From assembly GCA_022361455.1 (NCBI GenBank), contig JAKSAW010000593.1, forward strand, positions 1,260-65,259: a stretch of 64,000 nt of DNA, read 5' to 3'. The position numbers and the translations under genes are program-made. The notes under the pieces are model-generated. The model saw only the letters and a program-made list of their open reading frames with translations. It searched no databases and had not been told where the DNA came from. Positions 24,901 through 33,677 of this stretch are shown in pieces. This stretch comes from Pseudomonadales bacterium (lineage in GTDB: Bacteria > Pseudomonadota > Gammaproteobacteria > Pseudomonadales > Ketobacteraceae). Numbering within the stretch: the stretch's first letter is position 1; each line of letters starts with the position of its first letter.

Positions 24901-27076
24901 CACTAATTTCAAGAGCATCAAGAGCCTCTTGACCTTGAGTTATTGTTTCAACTTGAAACTCGGTGTTTGCTAGCTGATTGGTTAGCACTTCTAAGTTGAC
25001 GGGATCGTCATCGACAGCAAGAACTTTAAACGCCTTCTCTTTATTTACCGATGACTTAACAACTACATCTCTATCTCGCCGACTAAAACTAGATATTTCT
25101 TTTATGCTTTTCGAAAGACTAGATATCACTCTAGCGGAATCACCTGACAGCGCAGCAGCTTTTACACCATCCAAGACCTCTGGGAGGGAAAATGAAAACT
25201 TTGAACCTCTTCCTTCTTCAGACTCAACCCATATACGCCCACCATGGAGCTCTACTAATTGCTTAGAAATGGCGAGCCCCAAACCAGTACCACCATACTC
25301 TCTATCTACGGAGCTATCAGCTTGTTCAAAAGCTCGAAATATATCTCTGAATTTGTTGTGAGGAATACCAATTCCAGTGTCGATAACCTCAACAATCATT
25401 TGCGAGCGTGATGCTCGTGCATTGATTACGACCTTACCTCGGTCAGTATATTTTATTGCATTGGATATTAGGTTATGGAGAATCTGATAAACTCGATTTT
25501 CATCCGCTCTTACGCTCTGTATATGTGGCGAAATCTGATTATCAAGAACTACTCCTTTTTCTTTCAGTAACGGCTTAGACAACTCGATAACGTTGCTTGC
25601 CATTTTATAAATGTTTAGTGGTTTTTTACTTAAGGAAATATCCTTCTCCTTAAGTTTGGAAAAGTCCAAAATATCATTTACCAGATTTGATAGCCGATAG
25701 CCACTACTTGAGATCAGAGTCAAATTACGACGATCACTATTGCTCAGATTTGAACTAGGAGCATCTAACATTGAATCGGCAATACCAATAATGGCATTTA
25801 ACGGAGTTCTAAGCTCATGGGACGTATTAGCCAAGAAATCGTCCTTTAATTTATCCATTCTTTTTAGTTGCTCAATCCGAGCCAACTTATGCATTTCCTG
25901 TAATGCACTAATTCGCTGGGCTAGTGCTATTGAAAACATTACCATTTCAATAGCAGCACCCGCCTTAAAAATCATAGGCGTCAGCTCATAGGCGTCATGG
26001 AAATTCAACGCTCCTGTAGCAACCGATATAATACCGATACAGAAACTGCCCATCCCTACTATAAAATAAGATGCGGCTTTGAACCCTTGAAAGAAACGAA
26101 CGATTGTTATTCCTAATATGCAGAAAGCATTGGATGCGATTACAGGTGACGTTAATCGCGCCATGACACCGATATCGATAACGAAAAACAGCGCAGTACC
26201 GATCAAATAAAGCGCTAGAAAACACTTAAACAACATGTCGGCAATAGGAGCTTCATTCTTAGTATGCAAAACCTCACGGCAAAATAATGATAAAAATATG
26301 CCGCAAGTCCATGGAAATATATAAAGTGACCGATTCTCCCACTCAACCGAGTTAGGCCAGAACTGATAGAGAATTCCATCCAAGGACGCCATGAATAATG
26401 TATATCCGGCAACATAAGTGATGTAATAGAGATAAACTCGATCTCGAATTATGATAAACAGAAAGAAGTTATAGAAGAAAAGTCCAAGAGCTATACCATA
26501 GAACATTCCCATACCAATCTGGGAATAGTGTTCATGTTGGTACAAGCGATCCGCAGATGCCATATAGGTCGGCAAAGACAATGAGCTTTTACTTTGTACT
26601 CGCAAATAAAATTCATAGCTCGCACTTGGCTCTAATTCTATGGGAGCGATATGATGTCGAGATTTGATTAATCGATCATCATAGGGCACCAAATCGCCCA
26701 TCTTATGGTGCACCACTTTTCCCGTATCACGGTTTACGAGATAGATATCCACTAGATCTAATGGCGCATAACGCACCTCTATATAGGTCAAAAAGTTGCT
26801 ATTAGATGTGTTTTGAATCTTACCATTAAACCAAAGCGATCCTTTCTGATAGCCATATTGCAACGATCTAAGGGCAGGTGTTGAAAACCTACCGCTGTCG
26901 TTATCTTCAAGGATATCAACAATTGTAAGCTGGTTACTTTTGTCTAAATAAAAAGATAGGTGATCCCCTAAAAACTCTCTATAAGCAGTTTGTTGAGGTG
27001 TAATGATGTCCGCAACCGCTATGGGAACGAAAAAGGAGTAAATTAATAAAAATAATGCTCTTACTAAACTGTGCAT
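21938..27076 (-). CDS. 7TMR-DISM hybrid sensor with two complete histidine-kinase cores (DISMED2-7TM-HK-REC-PAS-HK-pseudoREC-REC-HPt)
   Basis: 1712 aa. N-terminal signal plus 7TMR-DISMED2-like ectodomain and 7 TM helices (aa ~185-385). H-box 1 is FLANTSHELRTP (His420, codon 25817-25819) with G-boxes DTGIGIP/GGTGLGL. REC has LLDVMMPG (Asp733). PAS at aa ~815-930. H-box 2 is FLASMSHEIRTP (His985) with DTGIGIA/GGTGLGM. A receiver-like segment sits at aa ~1228-1335. REC has LVLMDLEMP (Asp1427). HPt is SHSLKGSA (His1574, codon 22355-22357). Confidence 0.9.
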   Translation of the reverse strand: MHSLVRALFLLIYSFFVPIAVADIITPQQTAYREFLGDHLSFYLDKSNQLTIVDILEDNDSGRFSTPALRSLQYGYQKGSLWFNGKIQNTSNSNFLTYIEVRYAPLDLVDIYLVNRDTGKVVHHKMGDLVPYDDRLIKSRHHIAPIELEPSASYEFYLRVQSKSSLSLPTYMASADRLYQHEHYSQIGMGMFYGIALGLFFYNFFLFIIIRDRVYLYYITYVAGYTLFMASLDGILYQFWPNSVEWENRSLYIFPWTCGIFLSLFCREVLHTKNEAPIADMLFKCFLALYLIGTALFFVIDIGVMARLTSPVIASNAFCILGITIVRFFQGFKAASYFIVGMGSFCIGIISVATGALNFHDAYELTPMIFKAGAAIEMVMFSIALAQRISALQEMHKLARIEQLKRMDKLKDDFLANTSHELRTPLNAIIGIADSMLDAPSSNLSNSDRRNLTLISSSGYRLSNLVNDILDFSKLKEKDISLSKKPLNIYKMASNVIELSKPLLKEKGVVLDNQISPHIQSVRADENRVYQILHNLISNAIKYTDRGKVVINARASRSQMIVEVIDTGIGIPHNKFRDIFRAFEQADSSVDREYGGTGLGLAISKQLVELHGGRIWVESEEGRGSKFSFSLPEVLDGVKAAALSGDSARVISSLSKSIKEISSFSRRDRDVVVKSSVNKEKAFKVLAVDDDPVNLEVLTNQLANTEFQVETITQGQEALDALEISEFDIVLLDVMMPGMSGYAACEAIRKKHQPEILPVIMITAKNQVSDLIKGFRSGANDYITKPFVKDELLSRIRLHVKLKEAIKNLKNSEKKYREIFNQALEGIFQVTAEGTFISANPAMAKMLGYSSAEDLDSSVSNLKEQVFVDPNAFDELANRLSKRYSVSQYETQFLKKDNSTLWGSVKIRRVLNQNHETLYYEGLLEDISDQKHAEESLHKAYIDIETQVEERTKELKESNIKLAFAKLEADKFAKQQADFLASMSHEIRTPMNGVIAATELALESDTDLRTRKYLNIIRSSGASLLQMINDVLYYSKIEADKIQIHKSIFDLSRLQDEVANLFSAKIIETKTPVKLDTYYDPDLPRIVEGDRFRIKQVLSNLVSNAVKFTNQGRIAIEFRRTTSLSDDLVIEFCVRDTGIGIAADYLDSLFEPFTQASPMTEQEYGGTGLGMSISKKLIDLMEGEIWAESQENKGSAFHFKLNFGFNHDLVASDADWQLMEQGDNDLKKAVVISQETDELEKLQDYLTAFGFSVKGVHLNKIFDEHALSAAMSESSCVVIDFYPSNMELLQNCLSFGDDLSAPVLWVQDGFELDNPALSEFLISKSKVVDRPVGIGVLFDSMSDLIESDKVVTEHRNPSQSVDRESEMLKILTDAKILVAEDNPTNQDIIGAIFEDHGIPFELVCNGSQVISKLSEKPDNYFNLVLMDLEMPVMGGIEACKSLRNVDRFKDIPVIALTAHDLTNERESVANWGMNGFIQKPIDKKTLLTTLYHFVFDARIANTISDAAIPNKLTPELQNVLAGIDLEKVVLETGLNYDTLLNICDVFYKTNIETADMIRNAVSNNDINSLRELSHSLKGSAASIGASHLQYVAQEFEDFCIDNNDIPSQANVEALVEALEQVLTTLAEFDRRKRAERSDTEYEATASSLDTATLIVDLTQALENGEPSKVKKCYADLLLAMGGHKTERLKRYIESFEYDLALVELLYLAEEHE

Positions 27077-27750
27077 TAAGGTTCAAATTTATAACCGGCA
27101 CCATAAATAGAGTGCACAAACTTTTCCTCTGGCGCAATCTCTCTAAGCTTCTTACGTATTTTCTTCATATGGCTGTCCACAGTACGGTCATTCACAATCC
27201 GACCGTCTCCGTATGCAATATCAATGAGATCGTCCCTATTGAAGATCTTACCTGGCTGCCCCAACAAACGTTCGAGAATATTGAATTCTATGGCCGTTAG
27301 CTCTATTGTCCGGTCTTCATAAGAAATGGAGGCTCTTGCCTTATCTAAGACCAAACCTCGAATACCAGTCTTGTCATTTGGTACATATTCATAGCGACGC
27401 ATAATCGCCTTAATTCTCGCTACAAGCTCACGCAAACTGAAGGGCTTACAAAGGTAATCATCAGCTCCAACTTCAAGTCCGATTAATCTATCTATCTCCT
27501 CAGTTTTAGCGGTTACCATAATAATCGGTACCTGCGAGTGAGTTCGTAACTCCTGACATACACTTACTCCATCTTTACCTGGTAACATGATATCCAGAAC
27601 AATTAGTATAGGATCATTAGCCTTGGCCCAATCGCTTACTTCTAAACCATTGTCCAAAATATGAGTTTCATAGCCCGAACCACCGAGATATTCCGCTATT
27701 GATTTTGAAAGTTTCGGTTCGTCTTCAACAATGAGTATCGTATTTTTCAT
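27076..27750 (-). CDS. OmpR-family response regulator (REC + winged helix)
   Basis: 224 aa. ILIVEDE...IVLDIMLPGKDG...MVTAK receiver, and a C-terminal trans_reg_C region (LTAIEFNILERL...VDSHMKKIRKKL...IYGAGYKF). The stop overlaps the ATG of the 1712-aa gene (TAATG). The start overlaps the upstream stop (ATGA). Confidence 0.9.
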   Translation of the reverse strand: MKNTILIVEDEPKLSKSIAEYLGGSGYETHILDNGLEVSDWAKANDPILIVLDIMLPGKDGVSVCQELRTHSQVPIIMVTAKTEEIDRLIGLEVGADDYLCKPFSLRELVARIKAIMRRYEYVPNDKTGIRGLVLDKARASISYEDRTIELTAIEFNILERLLGQPGKIFNRDDLIDIAYGDGRIVNDRTVDSHMKKIRKKLREIAPEEKFVHSIYGAGYKFEP

Positions 27751-28925
27751 TTAAGTACCGGTTGCTCTTGGGACAAAACTGGCAAACCAATGGTGATAGC
27801 CAGCCCCCCTAGCTCTGAATGCTTTGCTTCTATTTTTCCGCTATGGTCTTTAATTATGGTCTTGCAAATCGCCAAGCCTAAACCCGCGCCGCCAGTCGAC
27901 CTACTACGTGATTCTTCCACACGATATAAGCGGTCGAACAGTTTATTCAATTCAACTGATTCCACTCCCGGCTCACTGTCCTCAAATCGAATATAGGCCC
28001 AGTCATCAACTAGTGCGGTAGTTATTCTACACCGTCCATTTTCATCGGTGTAACGGAGAGTGTTTCTAATTAAATTATCGATAACCTGACGCAATCTTTT
28101 AGGATCTACTTTGAAATTAACAGTTTCAATAGCCTTAGTATCAACTTCTATCGAAATATCTCGTTCGCTAAACTCTCTTTGGAAAAGCTCATAAGAACGG
28201 TGAATCAGAGAACCCAGCTGGCATTCAACTTTGTTATACTTCAACGAACGATCTTCGGCCAAAACCAGATCGAACATATCATTAATTAAGCTACTGAAAT
28301 GCTCAACCTCCTCTTTTAAGGACTCCAAATTCTTTTGATTTGGTTGCCTAATACCATCCAACAACAATTCGATTTCACAGAGTAAAACCGCTACGGGTGT
28401 GCGTAACTCATGGCCAACCATCGCTGTAAATTGAGTTAGATCTTCTTTGGCTTTTTTTGATGTATCGAGTGCAGATTGTAAATCCAGATTTTGTTGCGAT
28501 AACCGCAACTTTGCTTTTTCCAAACTCAGATGAGTCTTGATCCTCGCCTTAACTACCGCCGCAGAAATGGGTTTTGATATGTAATCCACGGCACCTAACT
28601 CTAGCCCTTGCACCTCGTCACCTGCTTGGTTCCTAGCAGTTACCATTATGACGGGTATTTTGTGGCTATGGTTCGATCCACCTAACCTCTGGAGCACATC
28701 AAAACCAGACATACCTGGCATATCAACGTCCAATAACATTAAGTCTATATCAGAGTGTTTATCCAGCAATTTTAAAGCTTGCTGGCCGCCAGTGGCCACT
28801 ATTACACGGTAATCATTTTGCAAGATCTCAAGCAGCAAACGAATATTCACCGCATCATCATCCACGATAAGAATCGTGTTTTTCTTACTGTGATTACCGG
28901 CTATGTCCACTACTGGTTGGCTCAT
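27747..28925 (-). CDS. cytoplasmic REC-HisKA-HATPase hybrid kinase
   Basis: 392 aa with no TM helix. N-terminal receiver (ILIVDDD...LMLLDVDMPGMSG...MVTAR), H-box MVGHELRTP, and G-boxes GGAGLGLAICK. Confidence 0.85.
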   Translation of the reverse strand: MSQPVVDIAGNHSKKNTILIVDDDAVNIRLLLEILQNDYRVIVATGGQQALKLLDKHSDIDLMLLDVDMPGMSGFDVLQRLGGSNHSHKIPVIMVTARNQAGDEVQGLELGAVDYISKPISAAVVKARIKTHLSLEKAKLRLSQQNLDLQSALDTSKKAKEDLTQFTAMVGHELRTPVAVLLCEIELLLDGIRQPNQKNLESLKEEVEHFSSLINDMFDLVLAEDRSLKYNKVECQLGSLIHRSYELFQREFSERDISIEVDTKAIETVNFKVDPKRLRQVIDNLIRNTLRYTDENGRCRITTALVDDWAYIRFEDSEPGVESVELNKLFDRLYRVEESRSRSTGGAGLGLAICKTIIKDHSGKIEAKHSELGGLAITIGLPVLSQEQPVLK

Positions 28926-29253
28926 TGCAAGTTTCTGATTGATTTGAGTATTTGGTAACCTTCATTATAGCCAACCACTCGGATTTGGAAGCGATGATAT
29001 AAATCCATAGAACACTGTGCAATATGCCTTAAGTATCTGATATCTAGTATCTTATTATTAGCTTTAAGCACAGATTTCGAAACCAGAGGTATGCCCACAA
29101 GAGCAAAAACTAGTAGCTCATTTAGCAAACAATTACGAGAAATAGCATTTATTCGACCTCAACTTATAACCCAATCAGGCTGTATTCATTCAAGATGAGC
29201 AACTATAGATTAACTATAATTAAAAAATTCTAACTGGCCGCCTGAGACTTCGA

Positions 29254-31641
29254 GTGACATTTCGCAACCTACAACATTACATCATTTTTATCATGTTTGG
29301 CTGTGCGGTAGTGCTCTCGTTAATTTTCAGTCTTATCGCTTATCAATTAAACGAAGACAAAGCCCTTCGGGAATGCCGCTCTCTGGTTAAAAACCTGATC
29401 GATGCCGTACACGTCAGCGCTGCTACCGCGGTATATTCTGGTAACGAAATAGTCGGCAAAGACACCATTAATGGTCTTCTAAGTAATGACGCTGTATATT
29501 CGGTAACTCTTCAAGAGCTTTCAGATCAGGACGGCCCGCGCTTAAAGCTCACAGGGATAAGTGAGTTTGGAGGATCGGGTCTTGATCCGATCATTATTGA
29601 GCTCAAATCGCCTTTCGACAAGCAGCAGCTTTTAGGTGTGCTATCAGTTCAACCGAACTCTTCATGGGTAGCAAAAAGAGCAACAGAAACCGCTGTTGAT
29701 ATTATTCTTGGCTTAACAGCCGTGATCTTCGCTTCAAGCCTAATATCCGCACAGCTAATTAAGTTTCTAATCTCGAAACCTCTAGTAGAGGTACAACAAA
29801 AGCTTCAAGTGCTCACTCCCGCTAGCAAAGAACGGATAGAGCTACCGAATCATCTAAAACACAATGAGATCGGAGAGCTCGTCAGTAGCTTCAACAAAAT
29901 GCTCGACAATGCTGTAGCTGCGTTAGGTGTGGAACGAGGTCTTCGTAAAGAAATGGAAGTAGTGCAACGCAATCTGCAGAAAGCGAAATCTGAAGCTGAA
30001 TACGCCACACAAGCTAAAAGTGACTTTTTAGCAACCATGAGCCATGAAATAAGAACTCCAATGAACTCTATACTTGGTTTTTTGAATCTAACTTTGGACG
30101 ATTCCGAATTAAGTGATTCTCATCGGCGTCATCTAACCATAGCAAGAAACTCCGCAAAATTCTTATTGCAACTGATAAGCGATATTTTGGACGTCAGCAA
30201 AATTGAAAGTGGTAAGCTTGAAGTTGAGAATCGGCCCTTCAATTTAAATGGACTTTTGGAGAATATCATTAACTTAATGGCCCTGAATGCCAGCGAAAAA
30301 AATCTTGTACTAACGCTAGACATTCCTAGCGATCTAGCGAATAGCTATATCGGTGATGAGTTTAGGCTACAACAGGTGTTACTAAATTTAGTGGGTAATG
30401 CGATTAAGTTCACCCATTCTGGTGAGGTGGTATTAAAAGTTGAGCGCAAATCTAGTAGACATGATTTGGAATTTTCAGTGGTCGATACTGGTATTGGAAT
30501 TGCGCCTGATCATATACAAAAAATCCTACAACCTTTCACGCAGGTTGATGCCTCTACAACAAGGCGATTTGGTGGTACAGGTTTAGGCACCACTATTGCT
30601 TCGGAGTTGGTCCACCTTATGGGCGGAGAGTTGGAAATTGAAAGTGAGCTAAGGAAAGGCAGTCGTTTCTATTTTACGCTGAGCCTTGAGGAATCCAGTC
30701 AAGTAATCGAATCCCATGGCTCGATCACAACCAAAAATAACAACAACAAGCCTCTTAATATTTTAGTTGTTGACGATATCACAGAAAATATAACACTTGT
30801 AAAAATCCGGCTAGAAAGGGATGGCCATACTATTAATACTGCATGTAACGGCCGTGAAGCCTACAAAAAATCACGTGAATACAAGTTCGACTTAATCCTT
30901 ATGGATGTGCACATGCCAGAATTGGACGGAGTTGAGGCAACACGATTGATTCGGCGAGGCGATGGTAAGAATAACGATACCCCCATTATCGCCATGACAG
31001 CTAGCGTCATGAAAGAAGACGAATCAACCTATTTTACAGCAGGAATGAATGCACTTATCAGCAAGCCTATTGATTTCCCAGAACTGATTAATACCTTGAA
31101 TCGACTTACTAATCTCAAGCTGGATAGCGGTCACAAAACTTCTTCTCCAGTTGAGGAAATAGCACCGAGTGAATTAACTGTTCCACATCTGAATAGCGCT
31201 CACAACGGCAATTTAAGCGAGCAAGTTTCTTTACAACATCACGGTAGTATCCAAGATGGCTCCGAGCTTAATCAGATTCAAAGATCAGCAAAAAGTTTTG
31301 ATCGCAATAAGCACTCGTTATCAAACGCAAAATCTGAAGATAGCGCTCGCTCAATAATATCTATCAAAGATGTAAGTGCCAGTGGTCTACCAATTAAACT
31401 TTCAGAAGATGGTTTAGCAGGTAGTGAAGAGGAAACGATTAGTATCACTTCTCTAAACGCCTTGAAACAAGCCTGCGAAAATCATGATCCAATAGAAGCT
31501 GAGCAGATTTTTAAAAGAATTCGATCAAAACAACACGCAGTGTCCTTAGATATCATTAAACAACATATGGAATTATTCCAGTTCGAGCAAACCATACTTA
31601 TTATTGAAGAAATTGAAGAGAAGATAAACTTGGGAAACTAG
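29254..31641 (+). CDS. membrane hybrid sensor kinase (2TM periplasmic loop-HAMP-HisKA-HATPase-REC) with 171-aa Ser-rich C-terminal extension
   Basis: 795 aa with a GTG start. H-box FLATMSHEIRTPMN, G-boxes DTGIGIA/GGTGLGT, receiver ILVVDD...LILMDVHMPELDG...AMTAS. The tail (31126-31638) has no HxxKG motif. Confidence 0.85.
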   Translation: MTFRNLQHYIIFIMFGCAVVLSLIFSLIAYQLNEDKALRECRSLVKNLIDAVHVSAATAVYSGNEIVGKDTINGLLSNDAVYSVTLQELSDQDGPRLKLTGISEFGGSGLDPIIIELKSPFDKQQLLGVLSVQPNSSWVAKRATETAVDIILGLTAVIFASSLISAQLIKFLISKPLVEVQQKLQVLTPASKERIELPNHLKHNEIGELVSSFNKMLDNAVAALGVERGLRKEMEVVQRNLQKAKSEAEYATQAKSDFLATMSHEIRTPMNSILGFLNLTLDDSELSDSHRRHLTIARNSAKFLLQLISDILDVSKIESGKLEVENRPFNLNGLLENIINLMALNASEKNLVLTLDIPSDLANSYIGDEFRLQQVLLNLVGNAIKFTHSGEVVLKVERKSSRHDLEFSVVDTGIGIAPDHIQKILQPFTQVDASTTRRFGGTGLGTTIASELVHLMGGELEIESELRKGSRFYFTLSLEESSQVIESHGSITTKNNNNKPLNILVVDDITENITLVKIRLERDGHTINTACNGREAYKKSREYKFDLILMDVHMPELDGVEATRLIRRGDGKNNDTPIIAMTASVMKEDESTYFTAGMNALISKPIDFPELINTLNRLTNLKLDSGHKTSSPVEEIAPSELTVPHLNSAHNGNLSEQVSLQHHGSIQDGSELNQIQRSAKSFDRNKHSLSNAKSEDSARSIISIKDVSASGLPIKLSEDGLAGSEEETISITSLNALKQACENHDPIEAEQIFKRIRSKQHAVSLDIIKQHMELFQFEQTILIIEEIEEKINLGN

Positions 31642-32379
31642 TTATCTGTCTGACAAAAAGCCCAATTTTTGAAACAGCCATTCAGGCATCCAGCGAACAG
31701 CCCACATCACCCAAAACCAATAGCCAGGTACATAGCGCGTATAGCGATTCTCTTCAATACCGCTTCGGACTAGCGCTGAAACTTTCTCTACACTAGAAAA
31801 CGAAAAGTTTTTTTCATGATCAACGGTCATTGGCGAATCTACTGGACCAAGCTTAAAGCAGTATACTTTTACTCCCGTGGAATAAAGTGCCGATCTCAGT
31901 CCTTGTAGATAAATACCTAAACCGCCCTTTGCTGTCGCATAAGTAAAGTTTCTCGGTCGACCACGATCGCCTGCCACAGAAAGTAGAACGGCTAACTTCC
32001 CTGCACCCTGTTTCTTTAATAACTCTGCTAAAGGAATGATGATTGCTACAGCAGACAATAAATTGGTTTTAATAGTTTGTTCGGCCTCTAGAAAATCTGT
32101 TTCACTGCGTAACTGGTCTCCTAAATCACCGTGGGCTAAGACGGCAATATCTATATTCCCAAGAGCTTCTTTAGCTGCAATTACAGCTCGCTTGGCAACT
32201 TCAGTATCATTGAAGTCATAACAAAATGAACCGACTACATTATTTCCAATAGCTTTTTCTAAAGAAACAAGCCTCTCTTTATTTCTAGCTACTAAGTAAA
32301 GATTATGCCCCTGATTGGCATATTCTTTCGCCATATCCGCCGCTACGGCCGAGGTGGCACCAAATATAACCACTTTCAA
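31642..32379 (-). CDS. short-chain dehydrogenase/reductase (SDR)
   Basis: 245 aa. N-terminal VVIFGATSAVAADMA (TGxxxGxG variant). YATAK corresponds to the YxxxK active site. The stop abuts the stop of the convergent kinase gene with zero spacer. Confidence 0.8.
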   Translation of the reverse strand: MKVVIFGATSAVAADMAKEYANQGHNLYLVARNKERLVSLEKAIGNNVVGSFCYDFNDTEVAKRAVIAAKEALGNIDIAVLAHGDLGDQLRSETDFLEAEQTIKTNLLSAVAIIIPLAELLKKQGAGKLAVLLSVAGDRGRPRNFTYATAKGGLGIYLQGLRSALYSTGVKVYCFKLGPVDSPMTVDHEKNFSFSSVEKVSALVRSGIEENRYTRYVPGYWFWVMWAVRWMPEWLFQKLGFLSDR

Positions 32380-32776
32380 AAAATATGCTCCTTAGTACAA
32401 TTCAATATACCAATCGATACAATCATGGCATACAAATCACCCATCATTGGGCTAAACGTACGATTAGTTAAAACAATAAGAAAATTCAATTCTAAAGCCT
32501 AAATGTCCAGAAATTAGCGTTTCCAAGCCACCTTTACAAATTTTAACAGAACCCTAATAATTGGCTTAACCAACCATAAGCCATTGTTTATTAATGATAA
32601 ATAGCCCTATATACCACTAAACCTTATACCAAACCAACTTCCATTTTTGCTCGTGCACAATCTTCCCTAATTCATCCATTTTCATTGCAATATCCAAGAA
32701 TAAAGTGTGATCAGTATCACAAACAAAAGAGAGACTCAGTCTCCGGCGCGCATCATTGATATTAGGGCTACTCACC

Positions 32777-33571
32777 ATGATTAACGAACATCCACACGCT
32801 ACATTCTTTACATCAGATAGGCGTTCAATATTTATCGGAAGCGTAGAGAACAAACTTAAACGATCCAATGTAGCAGCTACATTAGTTGTTTCTTTAACCT
32901 CAGAATTGGAAGTCAGAAGCACGCTCAATGATGAATCCATTTACTGTAAGAGTATTCTTGTGCCTGCAGGTACAACCGTAACCATTAATACTCAAAGCGC
33001 TCCAATAGCCCAGTTTTTTCTCGATGATTTAGGCATGGACTTCGCCAAACTGGCTCCACAAATGTCTCATGCATTTCAAGTTAGCAAGTCTGCCATCGTT
33101 TACCATCAGGTAATCAATGAATCACAGTTAATTGCATGCGCGCTAACAATGTTCTATCAACGCCCCAATAATCAAGACGCTATTGCTCTGTTTGATCGAT
33201 GGATAGATCTGTTTCCTAGTAATGCAGATTATAACTATGATCATAGAGTCGAAGCCGCCATTCAACTCATAAAGCGAAGCTATAAAGAAAATCTATCTGT
33301 TGAAGAGGTCGCTGCTAGTGTGGGACTGTCGGTTCCACGATTAAGTCAACTTTTTAAACAGGTCACTGGAATACCGATTAGAAGATTCAGATTGTGGTAT
33401 CGCATATTTGCTACAGCTGAAAAGCTGTCATTAGGCTTTTCCTTAACAGATGCGGCATTAGACTCAGGATTCTCTGATTACTCACAAATGTGTCGAGTCT
33501 TTAAGGAACTAACTGGATCAAAGCCATCTGCAGTTAAAAGATCTGTTGAACTTCGGCCCATGGCAGCTTAG
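32777..33571 (+). CDS. AraC-family transcriptional regulator (paralog of 39916..40791)
   Basis: C-terminal dual HTH (LSVEEVAASVGLSVPRLSQLFKQVTGIPIRRFRLWYRI...DSGFSDYSQMCRVFKELTGSKPSAV). I placed the start at the first ATG (MINEH), which aligns with the N-terminus of the paralog. The track start at 32756 is TTG. Confidence 0.8.
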   Translation: MINEHPHATFFTSDRRSIFIGSVENKLKRSNVAATLVVSLTSELEVRSTLNDESIYCKSILVPAGTTVTINTQSAPIAQFFLDDLGMDFAKLAPQMSHAFQVSKSAIVYHQVINESQLIACALTMFYQRPNNQDAIALFDRWIDLFPSNADYNYDHRVEAAIQLIKRSYKENLSVEEVAASVGLSVPRLSQLFKQVTGIPIRRFRLWYRIFATAEKLSLGFSLTDAALDSGFSDYSQMCRVFKELTGSKPSAVKRSVELRPMAA

Positions 33572-33610
33572 TTTTCGTATTTTTATCCGTCTTATATAAC
33601 TTAGTAAACA

Positions 33611-33642
33611 AAAGCCAACTTATTAACTAAGCTGGCTTTTTT
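33611..33642. terminator. bidirectional terminator between AraC gene and lipoprotein gene
   Basis: AAAGCCAACTTA-ttaac-TAAGCTGGCTTT followed by TTTT. The stem has one G:U or mismatch position. An A-run precedes it, so it is usable on both strands. Confidence 0.6.
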
Positions 33643-33677
33643 ATTGTCCGTTGCTTATGCAATTTTTAAAGGAGCGT

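Noticed and set aside
28922-29128. 68-aa minus-strand ORF whose TGA overlaps the ATG of the REC-HK gene (ATGA), a possible leader or coupled small membrane protein
   Set aside because: It starts at TTG without a recognisable SD and has no family resemblance. It lies in the divergent promoter region. The overlap could be coincidental. It is worth a look only if Ribo-seq data exist.
32617-32940. 107-aa minus-strand ORF overlapping the start of the AraC gene
   Set aside because: It overlaps the region that aligns residue-for-residue with the N-terminus of the paralogous AraC (39916). It has no motifs and is probably a shadow ORF.
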